From NCBI GenBank assembly GCA_900540275.1, contig UQFO01000006.1, forward strand, positions 34,835 to 98,834: a stretch of DNA of 64,000 bases. Reading direction: 5' to 3'. Source of the stretch: an uncultured Oscillospiraceae bacterium. GTDB taxonomy: Bacteria; Bacillota; Clostridia; Oscillospirales; Acutalibacteraceae. Under the pieces are notes generated by a model. That model made no database searches and was not told where the DNA came from. It saw only the letters and a list, made by a program, of their open reading frames with translations. The translations under genes and the position numbers were made by a program. The stretch's first letter is position 1. Every line of letters starts with the position of its first letter. This document shows, one piece after another, positions 19,155 to 29,032 of the stretch.

Positions 19155-21023
19155 GTGACATCAGACAATCAGAATAAGCCGTCTCAGAAGAAGACGGCTT
19201 CCAGGAAGCCGGCCTCAAAGCCGGCCGCAAAACCGGCGGTTAAGGAGAACGGGCAAAAGAAGGCCGCCCCGGCGCGCGGCAGCGCCAAAAAACCGGCGGA
19301 GGCTGCTAAAAAGACACAGCGCTACCCGCAGAGAAAAAGACAGCCGGGCAGAAAGCCCGCGAAAAAGCCGTCTATCAAGGTCGCGTTTATCGGCGGCTTA
19401 AACGAAATCGGCAAAAATATCACCGTTTTTGAGTGCAACGGCGATATGTTCATCCTCGACTGCGGAATGGCATTCCCTGACGGCGACATGCTCGGCGTTG
19501 ATTTGGTCATCCCGGATTTCAGCTATATCGAGGAAAACCAGGATAGGATTAAGGGGCTTGTCATCACGCATGGCCATGAGGACCATATCGGTTCCATCCC
19601 TTACCTGCTCAAAAATATGAATTTCCCTATCTATGGCACGAGCCTGACGCTCGGATTGGTGGAAAACAAGCTCAAGGAGCATAATCTCCTTTATAAGGCA
19701 AAGCTCAACAAGGTCAACGCGGGCGATACGATTTCGCTTGGCTGTATGGATGTTGAAATGATACATGTCAACCATTCCATTCCGGACGCGGTCGCCGTGG
19801 CTATCCATTCGCCGGCGGGCACGCTTGTGCACACGGGCGACTTTAAAATTGACTGCACGCCGATTGCCGGCGAAATGATAGACCTCGCCCGTTTTGCGGA
19901 GCTTGGAAAAGAGGGCGTGCTCGCGCTCTTTGCAGATTCAACCAACGCCGAACGCCCCGGTTACACCATGACCGAGCAAAAGGTGAGCAATTCGTTTGAA
20001 ACGCTCTTCAAGCGCGCGGAAAAGAACAGGATTATCATCGCGACCTTTGCTTCCAACATCAGCAGGGTCCAGCAGATTATCAACTGCGCCGCGCATTACG
20101 GCAGGAAGGTCGCTTTCTCGGGACGCAGCATGATAAACTATATGACGGTTGCCGCGGAGCTCGGATATATAGACGTACCCGACGGCGTGATTATCGATAT
20201 CGACCTGCTGAAGCGGTACCCGAAGGAAAAGATAGTGCTTGTCACGACGGGCAGCCAGGGCGAGCCAATGTCGGCCTTGTCCAGGATGGCGTTTGCAGAC
20301 CACCGCAAGGTTGAGGTAGGCGCGGGAGATTTCATCATTATTTCCGCAAACCCGATTCCCGGCAACGAAAAGACAGTCGGTACCGTTGTGGATGAGCTGA
20401 TGAAGCGCGGCTGTGAGGTTGTTTATGAGTCGATGTATGAGGTGCACGTCTCGGGCCATGCCTGCCAGGAGGAATTAAAGCTTATTCATGGGCTTACAAA
20501 GCCGAAGTATTTTATCCCGGTGCATGGTGAGCAGAAGCATTTGAGAAAGCACGCGAACCTGGCCTACAGCATGGGCATGGACCATAAAAACGTATTTGTG
20601 GGCGACGTCGGCAGCGTGATTGAAATTAACCAGGATTATTTCAAGGAGCTTGAATCCGTCCAGGCGGGCAAGGTGTTTGTAGACGGGCTTGGCGTCGGCG
20701 ACGTCGGAAGCATCGTCCTGCGCGACAGGAAGCACCTCGGCCAGGACGGCCTGATTATCGTCGTGGCGTCTATCGACGCGTACGACGCGCACCTAATCGC
20801 GGGGCCGGATATCGTTTCAAGGGGCTTTGTGTATGTCAGGGAATCTGAAATGCTGCTCGATGAGGTGAGAAAGGCCGCGGAGGCTGTGCTCAACGACTGC
20901 GCGTACGACAACATCCACGAGTGGAACGTCATTAAAAATAAAATCAAGGATGAGGTTTCACACCTCATTTACGACAGGACCAGGCGCACTCCGATGATTT
21001 TGCCGATTATTATGGAGGTCTGA
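19155..21023 (+). CDS. rnj: Ribonuclease J with a Lys/Pro/Ala-rich N-terminal extension of about 78 aa
   Basis: Metallo-beta-lactamase motif ITHGHEDHIG, beta-CASP and C-terminal domains. GTG at 19155 lies 7 nt after GGAGG. Confidence 0.9.
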   Translation: MTSDNQNKPSQKKTASRKPASKPAAKPAVKENGQKKAAPARGSAKKPAEAAKKTQRYPQRKRQPGRKPAKKPSIKVAFIGGLNEIGKNITVFECNGDMFILDCGMAFPDGDMLGVDLVIPDFSYIEENQDRIKGLVITHGHEDHIGSIPYLLKNMNFPIYGTSLTLGLVENKLKEHNLLYKAKLNKVNAGDTISLGCMDVEMIHVNHSIPDAVAVAIHSPAGTLVHTGDFKIDCTPIAGEMIDLARFAELGKEGVLALFADSTNAERPGYTMTEQKVSNSFETLFKRAEKNRIIIATFASNISRVQQIINCAAHYGRKVAFSGRSMINYMTVAAELGYIDVPDGVIIDIDLLKRYPKEKIVLVTTGSQGEPMSALSRMAFADHRKVEVGAGDFIIISANPIPGNEKTVGTVVDELMKRGCEVVYESMYEVHVSGHACQEELKLIHGLTKPKYFIPVHGEQKHLRKHANLAYSMGMDHKNVFVGDVGSVIEINQDYFKELESVQAGKVFVDGLGVGDVGSIVLRDRKHLGQDGLIIVVASIDAYDAHLIAGPDIVSRGFVYVRESEMLLDEVRKAAEAVLNDCAYDNIHEWNVIKNKIKDEVSHLIYDRTRRTPMILPIIMEV

Positions 21024-21064
21024 TCCAGGGTTAAAATATTGGTTCCGGCGGAAGGAGTATGGTA

Positions 21065-23008
21065 ATGAAAAAAAAGGTTTGGACCTTGTCTCCCTATTTT
21101 TTGATTTTTTCCGGCGTTATTCTTGGAATGGCGCTCTACTCCATCCGCTGGAATATTTATGTATTCTACATCGAAATTGCTGTCGCCATCCTTTCCATCC
21201 TGCTCGTTTATGTCAACCTCAAACGGTTTGAGCGGTATACGGCGCGCGTCATTAAAAGCACGCTTGCGGGTATTAAGGGGGTCAATACCAGCTATCTCGA
21301 AAAATTCTCTGTCCCTGTCGCCGTCGCGGGCGACCAGGGGGACGTCATGTGGTACAACCAAAAGTTCAAGGAACGCCTGTGCAGCGGCCGGGAGGCGACA
21401 GGCGACTTTATCAGCCAGTACATACCGGGCTTTACCGTCGACGAAATCCTGCACCATGGCAGCGCGGACGTTTCCTACGGGAACAGGCGCTATACGGTGC
21501 TTGCCTGTTCGGTGGCGGACGGCGCGGTTCTTTATTTTATCGACGATACATATTACAAGAATACCGCGAAGGAATTCGTGGAAAGCCGCCCGGCGGTAGC
21601 GATGGTCGTGTTTGACAACCGCGAGGAGTTCGAGCGGGAAAACGACGACGAGCAGAGCGCACACGCCGTTGTAACCATTGAAAACGCGCTTCAAAAATGG
21701 GCGGCAAAATACAACGCGTTATTTAAAAAGGTTTCCGGAAGCCGTTATATGGTGATTTTTGAGGAACGCTTCGTACGCAAGCTCGTGGAAGAAAAGTTCC
21801 CGATTCTTGAGGAAATCCGCAGCATTAAGTTTGCAAACAACAGGGAAGCTACCATTTCTATCGGCATCGGGCGCGGCGCGCAGGGCTTTAAGGAAAGTGA
21901 GCTTTGGGCGCGCAGGGCGCTTGAAATGGCGCTCGGGCGCGGCGGAGACCAGGCCGCCGTTAAGACGAGGGACGAGTTCAGGTTCTTCGGCGGCGTATCC
22001 AAGGGCTATGAAAAGTTCGACAAGGTCAGGACCCGCGTAATCGCAAGCACCCTTTCCGAGCATATCAAGGGCAGCTCCCATGTGCTTTTAATGGGCCATA
22101 AAAACTCAGATTTAGACTGTGTGGGCGCGGCAATCGGCCTGTGGAGCGCCGTTACAAAGGCGCTGCAAAAGCCGGCGCATGTCGTCGTCAGGAAAGGGCA
22201 GTCGCTTGCGGGGCCGCTGATAGACAGCTTTTTAAACGCGGGCGGCGCCAACATGTTTATGGAGCCGGACGAAGCGCTCGGCGCGGTGAATGACAAAACG
22301 CTTCTTATTGTGGTTGATACCCATTCGCCGGCGTTTTTGGAAAGCTCCGAGATTTACCAGAAATGCAAGCAGGTCGTCGTTATCGACCATCACAGGATGA
22401 TGGTCAACCGGATAGAAAATTCTATCGTCTTTTTCCATGAGCCGTATGCCTCGTCCGCTTCGGAGATGGCGACCGAGCTCGTACAATACCTGGGCGACAA
22501 CGTATTGACCCGGCTGGAGGCGGAGGCGCTTCTCGCCGGCATTATGCTCGATACAAAGAATTTTGTTCTCAAAACGGGCGTGCGCACGTTTGAGGCGGCC
22601 GCTTACCTGCGCCAGCGCGGCGCGGACACGGTCGAGGTCAAGCGGCTGTTTTCTAATTCTATCGACGCCTACAAAGCGAAATACCAGCTTGTTTCACAGG
22701 CTGAAATCTATAATTCCTGCGCCGTCGCGTGCGCGGAGGACGTCCCGCCGGACGTCAGGGTAACTGCGGCGCAGGCTGCAGACGAGCTTTTAGGACTTCA
22801 GGACGTTCGCGCCTCGTTCGTCATTTATTCGGCGGACGGCTGTGTCAATATTTCGGCGCGCTCGCTCGGCGATGTGAACGTTCAGGTCATTATGGAACAG
22901 CTCGGCGGAGGCGGCCACCAGACGATGGCGGGCGCCCAAATTGAAGGGCAGCCTTTGAGCGCTGTGCGCGACAAGCTGATTGAAATTATAAGCCATCTCG
23001 ATTCATAA
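21065..23008 (+). CDS. gdpP: GdpP/YybT-type membrane-anchored DHH/DHHA1 phosphodiesterase (c-di-AMP phosphodiesterase family)
   Basis: Two N-terminal TM helices, a degenerate GGDEF-like region, DHH motifs ([15 protein letters not shown] in VVIDHHR) and the DHHA1 motif [10 protein letters not shown]. Conserved position upstream of rplI-dnaB. Confidence 0.85.
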   Translation: MKKKVWTLSPYFLIFSGVILGMALYSIRWNIYVFYIEIAVAILSILLVYVNLKRFERYTARVIKSTLAGIKGVNTSYLEKFSVPVAVAGDQGDVMWYNQKFKERLCSGREATGDFISQYIPGFTVDEILHHGSADVSYGNRRYTVLACSVADGAVLYFIDDTYYKNTAKEFVESRPAVAMVVFDNREEFERENDDEQSAHAVVTIENALQKWAAKYNALFKKVSGSRYMVIFEERFVRKLVEEKFPILEEIRSIKFANNREATISIGIGRGAQGFKESELWARRALEMALGRGGDQAAVKTRDEFRFFGGVSKGYEKFDKVRTRVIASTLSEHIKGSSHVLLMGHKNSDLDCVGAAIGLWSAVTKALQKPAHVVVRKGQSLAGPLIDSFLNAGGANMFMEPDEALGAVNDKTLLIVVDTHSPAFLESSEIYQKCKQVVVIDHHRMMVNRIENSIVFFHEPYASSASEMATELVQYLGDNVLTRLEAEALLAGIMLDTKNFVLKTGVRTFEAAAYLRQRGADTVEVKRLFSNSIDAYKAKYQLVSQAEIYNSCAVACAEDVPPDVRVTAAQAADELLGLQDVRASFVIYSADGCVNISARSLGDVNVQVIMEQLGGGGHQTMAGAQIEGQPLSAVRDKLIEIISHLDS

Positions 23009-23039
23009 ATCGCACAGAATTTTACTGGAGGGAACCGAT

Positions 23040-23489
23040 ATGAAAGTCATACTTTTACAGGACGTCAAGGGCAGCGGAAAAAAAGGAGAGCTTGTAAATG
23101 TCTCCGACGGCTATGCAAGGAACTACCTCCTACCCAGAAAGCTCGCCAAGGAAGCGAATACACAGGCGATGAACGAGCTGAAAAACGCAGAGCAGTCCAA
23201 GCAGTTTAAAATTGATTCTGATAAAGCCGCGGCAAACGACGCGAAAGCGAAGCTAGACGGCGCGACTGTCAAGATTTACGCCAAAGCGGGGCAGGGCGGC
23301 AAGCTGTTCGGTTCCGTTACGGCAAAGGAAATCAGCGAGGAAATAAAAAACCAGCTCAAAATTGCGGTTGACAAGCGTAAGGTTACGCTCGATACCGACA
23401 TCAAGGCCTACGGCACCTTCCAGTGTGCCATAAAGCTCTACGCGGGCATTTCGGCCACAGTCAACGTGGTAGTTGCAGAAAAGGCCTGA
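23040..23489 (+). CDS. rplI: 50S ribosomal protein L9
   Basis: [33 protein letters not shown]-terminus. Confidence 0.95.
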   Translation: MKVILLQDVKGSGKKGELVNVSDGYARNYLLPRKLAKEANTQAMNELKNAEQSKQFKIDSDKAAANDAKAKLDGATVKIYAKAGQGGKLFGSVTAKEISEEIKNQLKIAVDKRKVTLDTDIKAYGTFQCAIKLYAGISATVNVVVAEKA

Positions 23490-23514
23490 TTGCTTTATAA
23501 TAGGGAATAACGGC

Positions 23515-23545
23515 GGAGGGGGCGGTTCGCGCCCCCTTTTCTTCA
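23515..23545 (+). terminator. Intrinsic terminator after rplI
   Basis: GGGGGCG-GTTCG-CGCCCCC followed by TTTT. Confidence 0.6.
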
Positions 23546-23596
23546 CGGCATCAAGCTGGAAACAAAGCGTATGCGCAAAGGGAATGGGATTAAAAA

Positions 23597-24961
23597 ATGG
23601 CGGAAATGAACATCACAACCGGATATGACGGCCTGAAGATGCCCTACAGCCCGGAGGCGGAGCAATCCGTCCTCGGCGCAATCCTTCTCGACCCTACCTG
23701 CCTGGACAAGGTGGCAGAGCTCCTGCCCAAACCGGACTATTTCCATCTTGCCAACCACCGCGCGATTTACGGCGCTATGCTCGATATGTTCACGGTCGGC
23801 AAAACGGTCGATTTTGTCACGGTCAACGAGCGCTTAAAGCAGGACAAGACGTTTGACGAGGCAAGCGCAAAAACCTACCTGATGCAGCTTGCGGAGATTG
23901 TCCCGTCCATTTCCAACGTAGAGGTATACGCGCGCATCGTGCGCGAAAAATACGAGGTGCGCAGCCTGATTATGGCGGCGCGCGATATTGTGGAAGAGGC
24001 GGCGCAGGGCGAATACGATTCCGAAACGCTCATCGATTCCGCGGAACAGAAAATTTTTGATATCCGCAGGGGTAAAAATATCCAGGGGCTCCAGCGTATC
24101 GACGAGGTCATTATCGAAACGTTCGACCGGCTTGACCTGCTTAATTCCGAGGACAGCGAGATGATTAAGCCCATTTCCACGGGAATTGCCGATTTAGACC
24201 GGATGATTACCGGGCTCAACCGCTCCGACCTGATACTGCTGGCGGCGCGCCCCGGTATGGGCAAGACGAGCTTTGCGCTCAACATCGCCCGCCACGCGGC
24301 GGTAAAGGGCAAGCGCCGCGTCGCGTTTTTCTCCCTGGAAATGTCGAAGGAGCAGCTCGGCTCCCGACTGCTTTCAACGGAAGGCTTAATCGAGGGTACA
24401 AAGCTGCGCACCGGCAAGCTCAACAACGACGAATGGACGCGCCTGGTCGAGGCGGGCGACGTACTCGGCAAGGCGGAAATTTACCTGGACGACACGCCGG
24501 GCATCTCTGTTCCTGGGATGAAGGCAAAGCTCAGGAGGCTTCGCGGCGTTGACCTTGTCATCATCGACTACCTGCAGCTGATGGCCGGCAACAGGAGGAC
24601 GGACAACCGCGTACAGGAAATCTCTGAAATCACCAGGAACCTGAAAATTATGGCCAAGGAGCTGGACGTACCCGTCATTACGCTGTCGCAGCTTTCGCGC
24701 GCAAGCGAGCAGAGGACCGACCACCGCCCGCAGCTCTCAGATTTGAGGGACTCCGGCTCCATCGAACAGGACGCCGACATCGTGCTGTTCCTCTACCGTG
24801 AGGGCTACTATGAAAAGGACGCGGGTGAGGACGGCGCCGACCAGAACAGCGGCGAGTGCCTGGTTGCGAAAAACCGCCACGGCGAGGCGGGCTCGGTCAA
24901 GCTCCACTGGCAGGGCGAGTTTATGCGCTTTACCGCGCCGGAGGTGGGCCGTGGAGACTAA
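23597..24961 (+). CDS. dnaB: Replicative DNA helicase
   Basis: PYSPEAEQSVLGAILLD N-terminus, Walker A ARPGMGKTSF, IIDYLQLM, and SQLSRASEQR with an arginine finger. Confidence 0.95.
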   Translation: MAEMNITTGYDGLKMPYSPEAEQSVLGAILLDPTCLDKVAELLPKPDYFHLANHRAIYGAMLDMFTVGKTVDFVTVNERLKQDKTFDEASAKTYLMQLAEIVPSISNVEVYARIVREKYEVRSLIMAARDIVEEAAQGEYDSETLIDSAEQKIFDIRRGKNIQGLQRIDEVIIETFDRLDLLNSEDSEMIKPISTGIADLDRMITGLNRSDLILLAARPGMGKTSFALNIARHAAVKGKRRVAFFSLEMSKEQLGSRLLSTEGLIEGTKLRTGKLNNDEWTRLVEAGDVLGKAEIYLDDTPGISVPGMKAKLRRLRGVDLVIIDYLQLMAGNRRTDNRVQEISEITRNLKIMAKELDVPVITLSQLSRASEQRTDHRPQLSDLRDSGSIEQDADIVLFLYREGYYEKDAGEDGADQNSGECLVAKNRHGEAGSVKLHWQGEFMRFTAPEVGRGD

Positions 24962-26312
24962 AATCCTCACAACCATACAAAAATACCGGATGCTTGAGGC
25001 CGGCGGCAGTATTGTCGCCGGTGTTTCGGGTGGAGCAGACTCTATGTGCCTGCTTCACTTTCTTTATATTTTAAGGAAAGATTGGAACCTTACCGTCATA
25101 GCCGCGCATGTAAACCACGGCCTGCGCGGGGAAGAGGCAAAGCGCGACGAGGAATTCGTGCAAAGCTGGTGCGAGGCGCATGGAGTACCATTTGAGGTGC
25201 TTCACGCTGATGTAAACGCGCTTGCAAAGGTAAGCGGGCAGGGGACGGAAGCCTGCGGCAGGGACGTGCGCTACCGCTTTTTTTCAGGCCTTGCGGAAAA
25301 ATACGGCGCATCGATTGCGACCGCCCATACGGCAAGCGACAACGCGGAAACCGTACTGTTCCACCTGATACGTGGAACGGGAACGCGCGGGCTTAGCGGC
25401 ATAAAGCCAGTGCGCGGCAATATTGTCCGCCCTCTTATCGAAATAACGCGTGAAGAGGTGGAGGCCTACTGCCGGGAATACGACGTGCCGTACCTTACGG
25501 ATTCCACCAACTTGCGCGACGACTATACGCGCAACAGGCTGCGCCACCATCTCGTCCCGTTGTGCAAAGAAATCAACCCAAGCTTTGAAAAGGGCGTGCT
25601 GCGCCTGTCCGAAACGCTTTCGCACGATGATATGTACTTTATGGAACAGGCGGAAGCCGCGCTCGATAACGCGCGCCTCGGGAACGGAACGTACTCCGGT
25701 AAAAGGCTTGCGGCGTTACCCGCGCCGGCGCTTGCGCGCGCGGTCATGCTGTGCGCGCAGGCGTTTTCCTGCCGGTGCATGGAGCAGAAGCATATCAGCG
25801 CTGTCTGCGGGTTTATATATGAGGGGGCCGGCGCGTGCGATTTGCCATGCGGCCTTCAGGCCATTGTGTCGCAGGGGATGTTCCGCATTGTGCAAAAGGA
25901 GAAACCTGCCGAAAAGTGGGAAATTCCCCTGACTGATGCAGTTTCCTTAACGAAATACAACAAAAAATTAAACGTTTGCGTCTGCTCCAAAATGGAATAT
26001 GACAAAAAAACGAAATTTAACAAAAAGTTATTAAATAACTCCATGGACTATGCTATAATAAGTAAACATCCGGCCTTCCGCACGCGGAGGGAAGGGGACA
26101 CGTTTTTGCCCTTGGGTAAAAACGGGACAAAAACAGTAAAAAAGCTTTTTAATGAATACAAAATACCGCGCGAGCAGCGCGGTAAAATTCTTCTGCTCGC
26201 TCGGGGCAGCGAGGTTTTGTGGATTGACGGGTACGGCGTGTCGCAGCATGCCGCGGTTTCCGATAAAACACAGCGCGTTCTCATTATTAATGTTGAAACG
26301 GCGGAGGGGTAA
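24951..26312 (+). CDS. tilS: tRNA(Ile)-lysidine synthetase
   Basis: PP-loop VSGGADSMCLL and HVNHGLRGEE motifs. GTG at 24951 has GGAGG 6 nt upstream; the ATG at 24990 is an alternative start. Confidence 0.88.
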   Translation: METKILTTIQKYRMLEAGGSIVAGVSGGADSMCLLHFLYILRKDWNLTVIAAHVNHGLRGEEAKRDEEFVQSWCEAHGVPFEVLHADVNALAKVSGQGTEACGRDVRYRFFSGLAEKYGASIATAHTASDNAETVLFHLIRGTGTRGLSGIKPVRGNIVRPLIEITREEVEAYCREYDVPYLTDSTNLRDDYTRNRLRHHLVPLCKEINPSFEKGVLRLSETLSHDDMYFMEQAEAALDNARLGNGTYSGKRLAALPAPALARAVMLCAQAFSCRCMEQKHISAVCGFIYEGAGACDLPCGLQAIVSQGMFRIVQKEKPAEKWEIPLTDAVSLTKYNKKLNVCVCSKMEYDKKTKFNKKLLNNSMDYAIISKHPAFRTRREGDTFLPLGKNGTKTVKKLFNEYKIPREQRGKILLLARGSEVLWIDGYGVSQHAAVSDKTQRVLIINVETAEG

Positions 26313-26336
26313 GCTCCGTTTGCTTCGGAGGGAATT

Positions 26337-26876
26337 ATGGAAAAGGATATTAAAAGGATACTGTTAAGCGAAGAGGAAATCAAAGCGATTGTGCAAAACC
26401 TGGCTGAACAGATAGACCGCGACTACCAGGGCAAAAAGCTTGTAATGGTCGGCCTTTTAAAGGGAAGCGTCGTATTTATGGCGGATTTGATGCGCGCGCT
26501 CAAGACAAGGTGCAGAATCGATTTTATGGTAACCTCGAGCTACGGCAGCGGCACACAGAGCAGCGGCAGGCTCAATATTTTAAAAGACCTGTCCGCTCCA
26601 ATCGACGGCTGCGACGTGCTCGTCGTGGAGGATATTATCGACAGCGGCGTAACGCTGAGCTTTATCCTTGACTATCTCAAGGCAAAGAACGCAAGCAGCG
26701 TAAAATTATGTACGCTCCTCAATAAGCCGGACCGCCGCAAAAAGGAAGTGCCGGTCGATTACACAGGCGCGGTTATCCCGGACGAGTTCGTCGTAGGCTA
26801 TGGGCTCGACTATGCCGAGTATTACCGCAACCTTCCCTATATCGGCGTATTAAAGCCTGAAATCTATTCTGTTTAA
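26337..26876 (+). CDS. hpt: Hypoxanthine phosphoribosyltransferase
   Basis: PRPP-binding motif VLVVEDIIDSGVTL and FVVGYGLDY. Confidence 0.93.
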   Translation: MEKDIKRILLSEEEIKAIVQNLAEQIDRDYQGKKLVMVGLLKGSVVFMADLMRALKTRCRIDFMVTSSYGSGTQSSGRLNILKDLSAPIDGCDVLVVEDIIDSGVTLSFILDYLKAKNASSVKLCTLLNKPDRRKKEVPVDYTGAVIPDEFVVGYGLDYAEYYRNLPYIGVLKPEIYSV

Positions 26877-26909
26877 ACGCCTTTTGTTTTACATATACTA
26901 TCCTAAGGA

Positions 26910-28937
26910 GTGAACATATTGGAGAAAAATAACAAGACGCTGCTGCGTAATCTGCTGATATACCTTGGCATCCCGATTGTGCTGATTCTTGTCGTCGCGA
27001 CGATTTTATGGTCGCAGCCGCAGGTATCCATCAAATATTCCCATATCGTCCAACTGTTTGAAGAGAACATGGTAGAGGAATTCTCGATGGACCTCGGTTC
27101 CGGCGCGATGGAAATCAAGCTCAAGGAAGGCGCGAAGCTTTCGGATGTAACGGGTGAGGAGGCGACCCAGCCGCAGGCTCAAACGAACATTTTGGGCAAT
27201 AACGCGCAGAATCAGCAGGAAGACAAAACGAAAAACCAGATTATCAAATACACGGCGCCCAGCCCCTCGTTGGTTTATGAGGACATCAAGGATTATATCA
27301 AGGCTTATAACCTGGAAAACCCCGACAAGCCGATGATATACGACTATAAGGCGGCAAACGAAAATTCGTGGCTCTTAAGCCTCCTGCCGAATATCATCAT
27401 CACGGTGCTGATGGTCGTGCTGTTCCTTTATTTCTTCCGCAAGATGTCCGGCATGGGCGGCGACCCAACCAAGCAGATGGGCTTCGGTAAGGCGAAAATC
27501 AAGGATATGAACGACGAGAAGCGCAAGACGACGTTTGAGGACGTTGCCGGCGCGGACGAGGAAAAGGAAGAGCTCGAGGAAATTGTCGAGTTCCTTAAAA
27601 ACCCACAGAAATATAACGATTTGGGCGCGCGCATCCCGAAGGGCGTGCTGCTCGTCGGCCCTCCGGGCACCGGTAAAACGCTGCTGGCAAGGGCTGTCGC
27701 GGGCGAGGCGGGCGTTCCGTTCTTCTCGATTTCCGGCTCGGATTTCGTCGAGATGTTCGTCGGCGTCGGCGCGTCGCGTGTGCGCGACCTATTCGACCAG
27801 GCAAAGAAGAATTCGCCGTGTATCATCTTTATCGATGAAATCGACGCGGTCGGCCGCCAGAGAGGCACAGGCCTCGGCGGAGGGCACGACGAGCGTGAGC
27901 AGACCTTAAACCAGCTGCTTGTAGAAATGGACGGCTTCGGCGTAAACGAGGGCGTCATCATGATAGCGGCGACCAACCGGCCAGACATCCTCGACCCGGC
28001 GCTGATGCGCCCCGGCCGTTTCGACAGGCAGGTTGTCGTCGGTTACCCCGACATCAAGGGCAGGGAAGCCATCCTTAAGGTGCATGCGCGCAAAAAACCG
28101 CTCGCGCCCGACGTGCGGCTCGACACCGTTGCAAAATCGACTGCCGGCTTTACGGGCGCGGACCTTGAAAACCTCTTGAACGAAGCCGCGCTGCTCGCCG
28201 CAAGGAAGAGCAAGAAGGCCATCACGATGGAGGAAATCGGGGAAGCGACCATCAAGGTTGTCGTCGGCGCGGAGAAGAAAACACGCGTCATGAACGAAAA
28301 GGAAAAGAAGCTTACGGCATACCACGAGGCGGGCCACGCCATCGCGTTCGAGGTATGCGAGACGCAGGACAGCGTCCACCAGATTTCCATCATACCGACC
28401 GGTATGGCGGGCGGCTACACCATGCCGCTCCCGGCGGAGGATAAATCCTACAACTCCCTCAGGGAGATGGAAGAGGACATCGTCGTCGCCATGGGCGGGC
28501 GCGTTGCGGAATCGCTTATTATGGGCGATATCTCCACCGGCGCGTCGAACGATATCCAGCAGGCGACCAAGACGGCGCGCGCCATGGTTACAAAGTACGG
28601 TATGAGCAGGATTTTAGGGCCAATTGCCTATGGCGAAAGCGGAAACGAGGTCTTTATCGGCCGCGATATGGGCCATGTCAAGGATTATTCCGACGAAACG
28701 GCCGCAAAGATAGACGAAGAGGTTTTCCGCATTGTGACCGACAGCTACAAGCGCTGCGAGGAAATCCTCAACGCGCATATGCCGCAGCTGCACGCGGTTG
28801 CCAGATTCCTCATCAAGCATGAGAAGATGGACCACGAGCAGTTTATGGCCGTTATGAACGGCACCTATGTGGAAGAGCCGGAGGAGGAAGCTCCCGCCGC
28901 TTTTGAAGATTCGTCGGACGGAGAAGTCAATCATTGA
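26910..28937 (+). CDS. ftsH: ATP-dependent zinc metalloprotease FtsH
   Basis: Two TM helices, AAA Walker A GPPGTGKT, Walker [12 protein letters not shown], and zinc motif HEAGHA. The TTG at 26919 may be the true start. Confidence 0.95.
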   Translation: MNILEKNNKTLLRNLLIYLGIPIVLILVVATILWSQPQVSIKYSHIVQLFEENMVEEFSMDLGSGAMEIKLKEGAKLSDVTGEEATQPQAQTNILGNNAQNQQEDKTKNQIIKYTAPSPSLVYEDIKDYIKAYNLENPDKPMIYDYKAANENSWLLSLLPNIIITVLMVVLFLYFFRKMSGMGGDPTKQMGFGKAKIKDMNDEKRKTTFEDVAGADEEKEELEEIVEFLKNPQKYNDLGARIPKGVLLVGPPGTGKTLLARAVAGEAGVPFFSISGSDFVEMFVGVGASRVRDLFDQAKKNSPCIIFIDEIDAVGRQRGTGLGGGHDEREQTLNQLLVEMDGFGVNEGVIMIAATNRPDILDPALMRPGRFDRQVVVGYPDIKGREAILKVHARKKPLAPDVRLDTVAKSTAGFTGADLENLLNEAALLAARKSKKAITMEEIGEATIKVVVGAEKKTRVMNEKEKKLTAYHEAGHAIAFEVCETQDSVHQISIIPTGMAGGYTMPLPAEDKSYNSLREMEEDIVVAMGGRVAESLIMGDISTGASNDIQQATKTARAMVTKYGMSRILGPIAYGESGNEVFIGRDMGHVKDYSDETAAKIDEEVFRIVTDSYKRCEEILNAHMPQLHAVARFLIKHEKMDHEQFMAVMNGTYVEEPEEEAPAAFEDSSDGEVNH

Positions 28938-28954
28938 TTTTTAGGTAACAGAGG

Positions 28955-28990
28955 CAACGGGACGGGGGCTTGCTCCCGTCCCGTTTTTAA
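28955..28990 (+). terminator. Intrinsic terminator after ftsH
   Basis: ACGGGACGGGGG-CTTG-CTCCCGTCCCGT followed by TTTTT. Confidence 0.75.
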
Positions 28991-29032
28991 AACAAGAGGG
29001 ATATAGGAAAAGGGTTCAGGTGAATAAAAAAC

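Noticed and set aside
24798-24950. N-terminal extension of the tilS ORF overlapping the last 160 nt of dnaB
   Set aside because: The extension is Arg/Ala-rich out-of-frame dnaB sequence. A GTG with a good GGAGG RBS at 24951 gives a normal TilS N-terminus.
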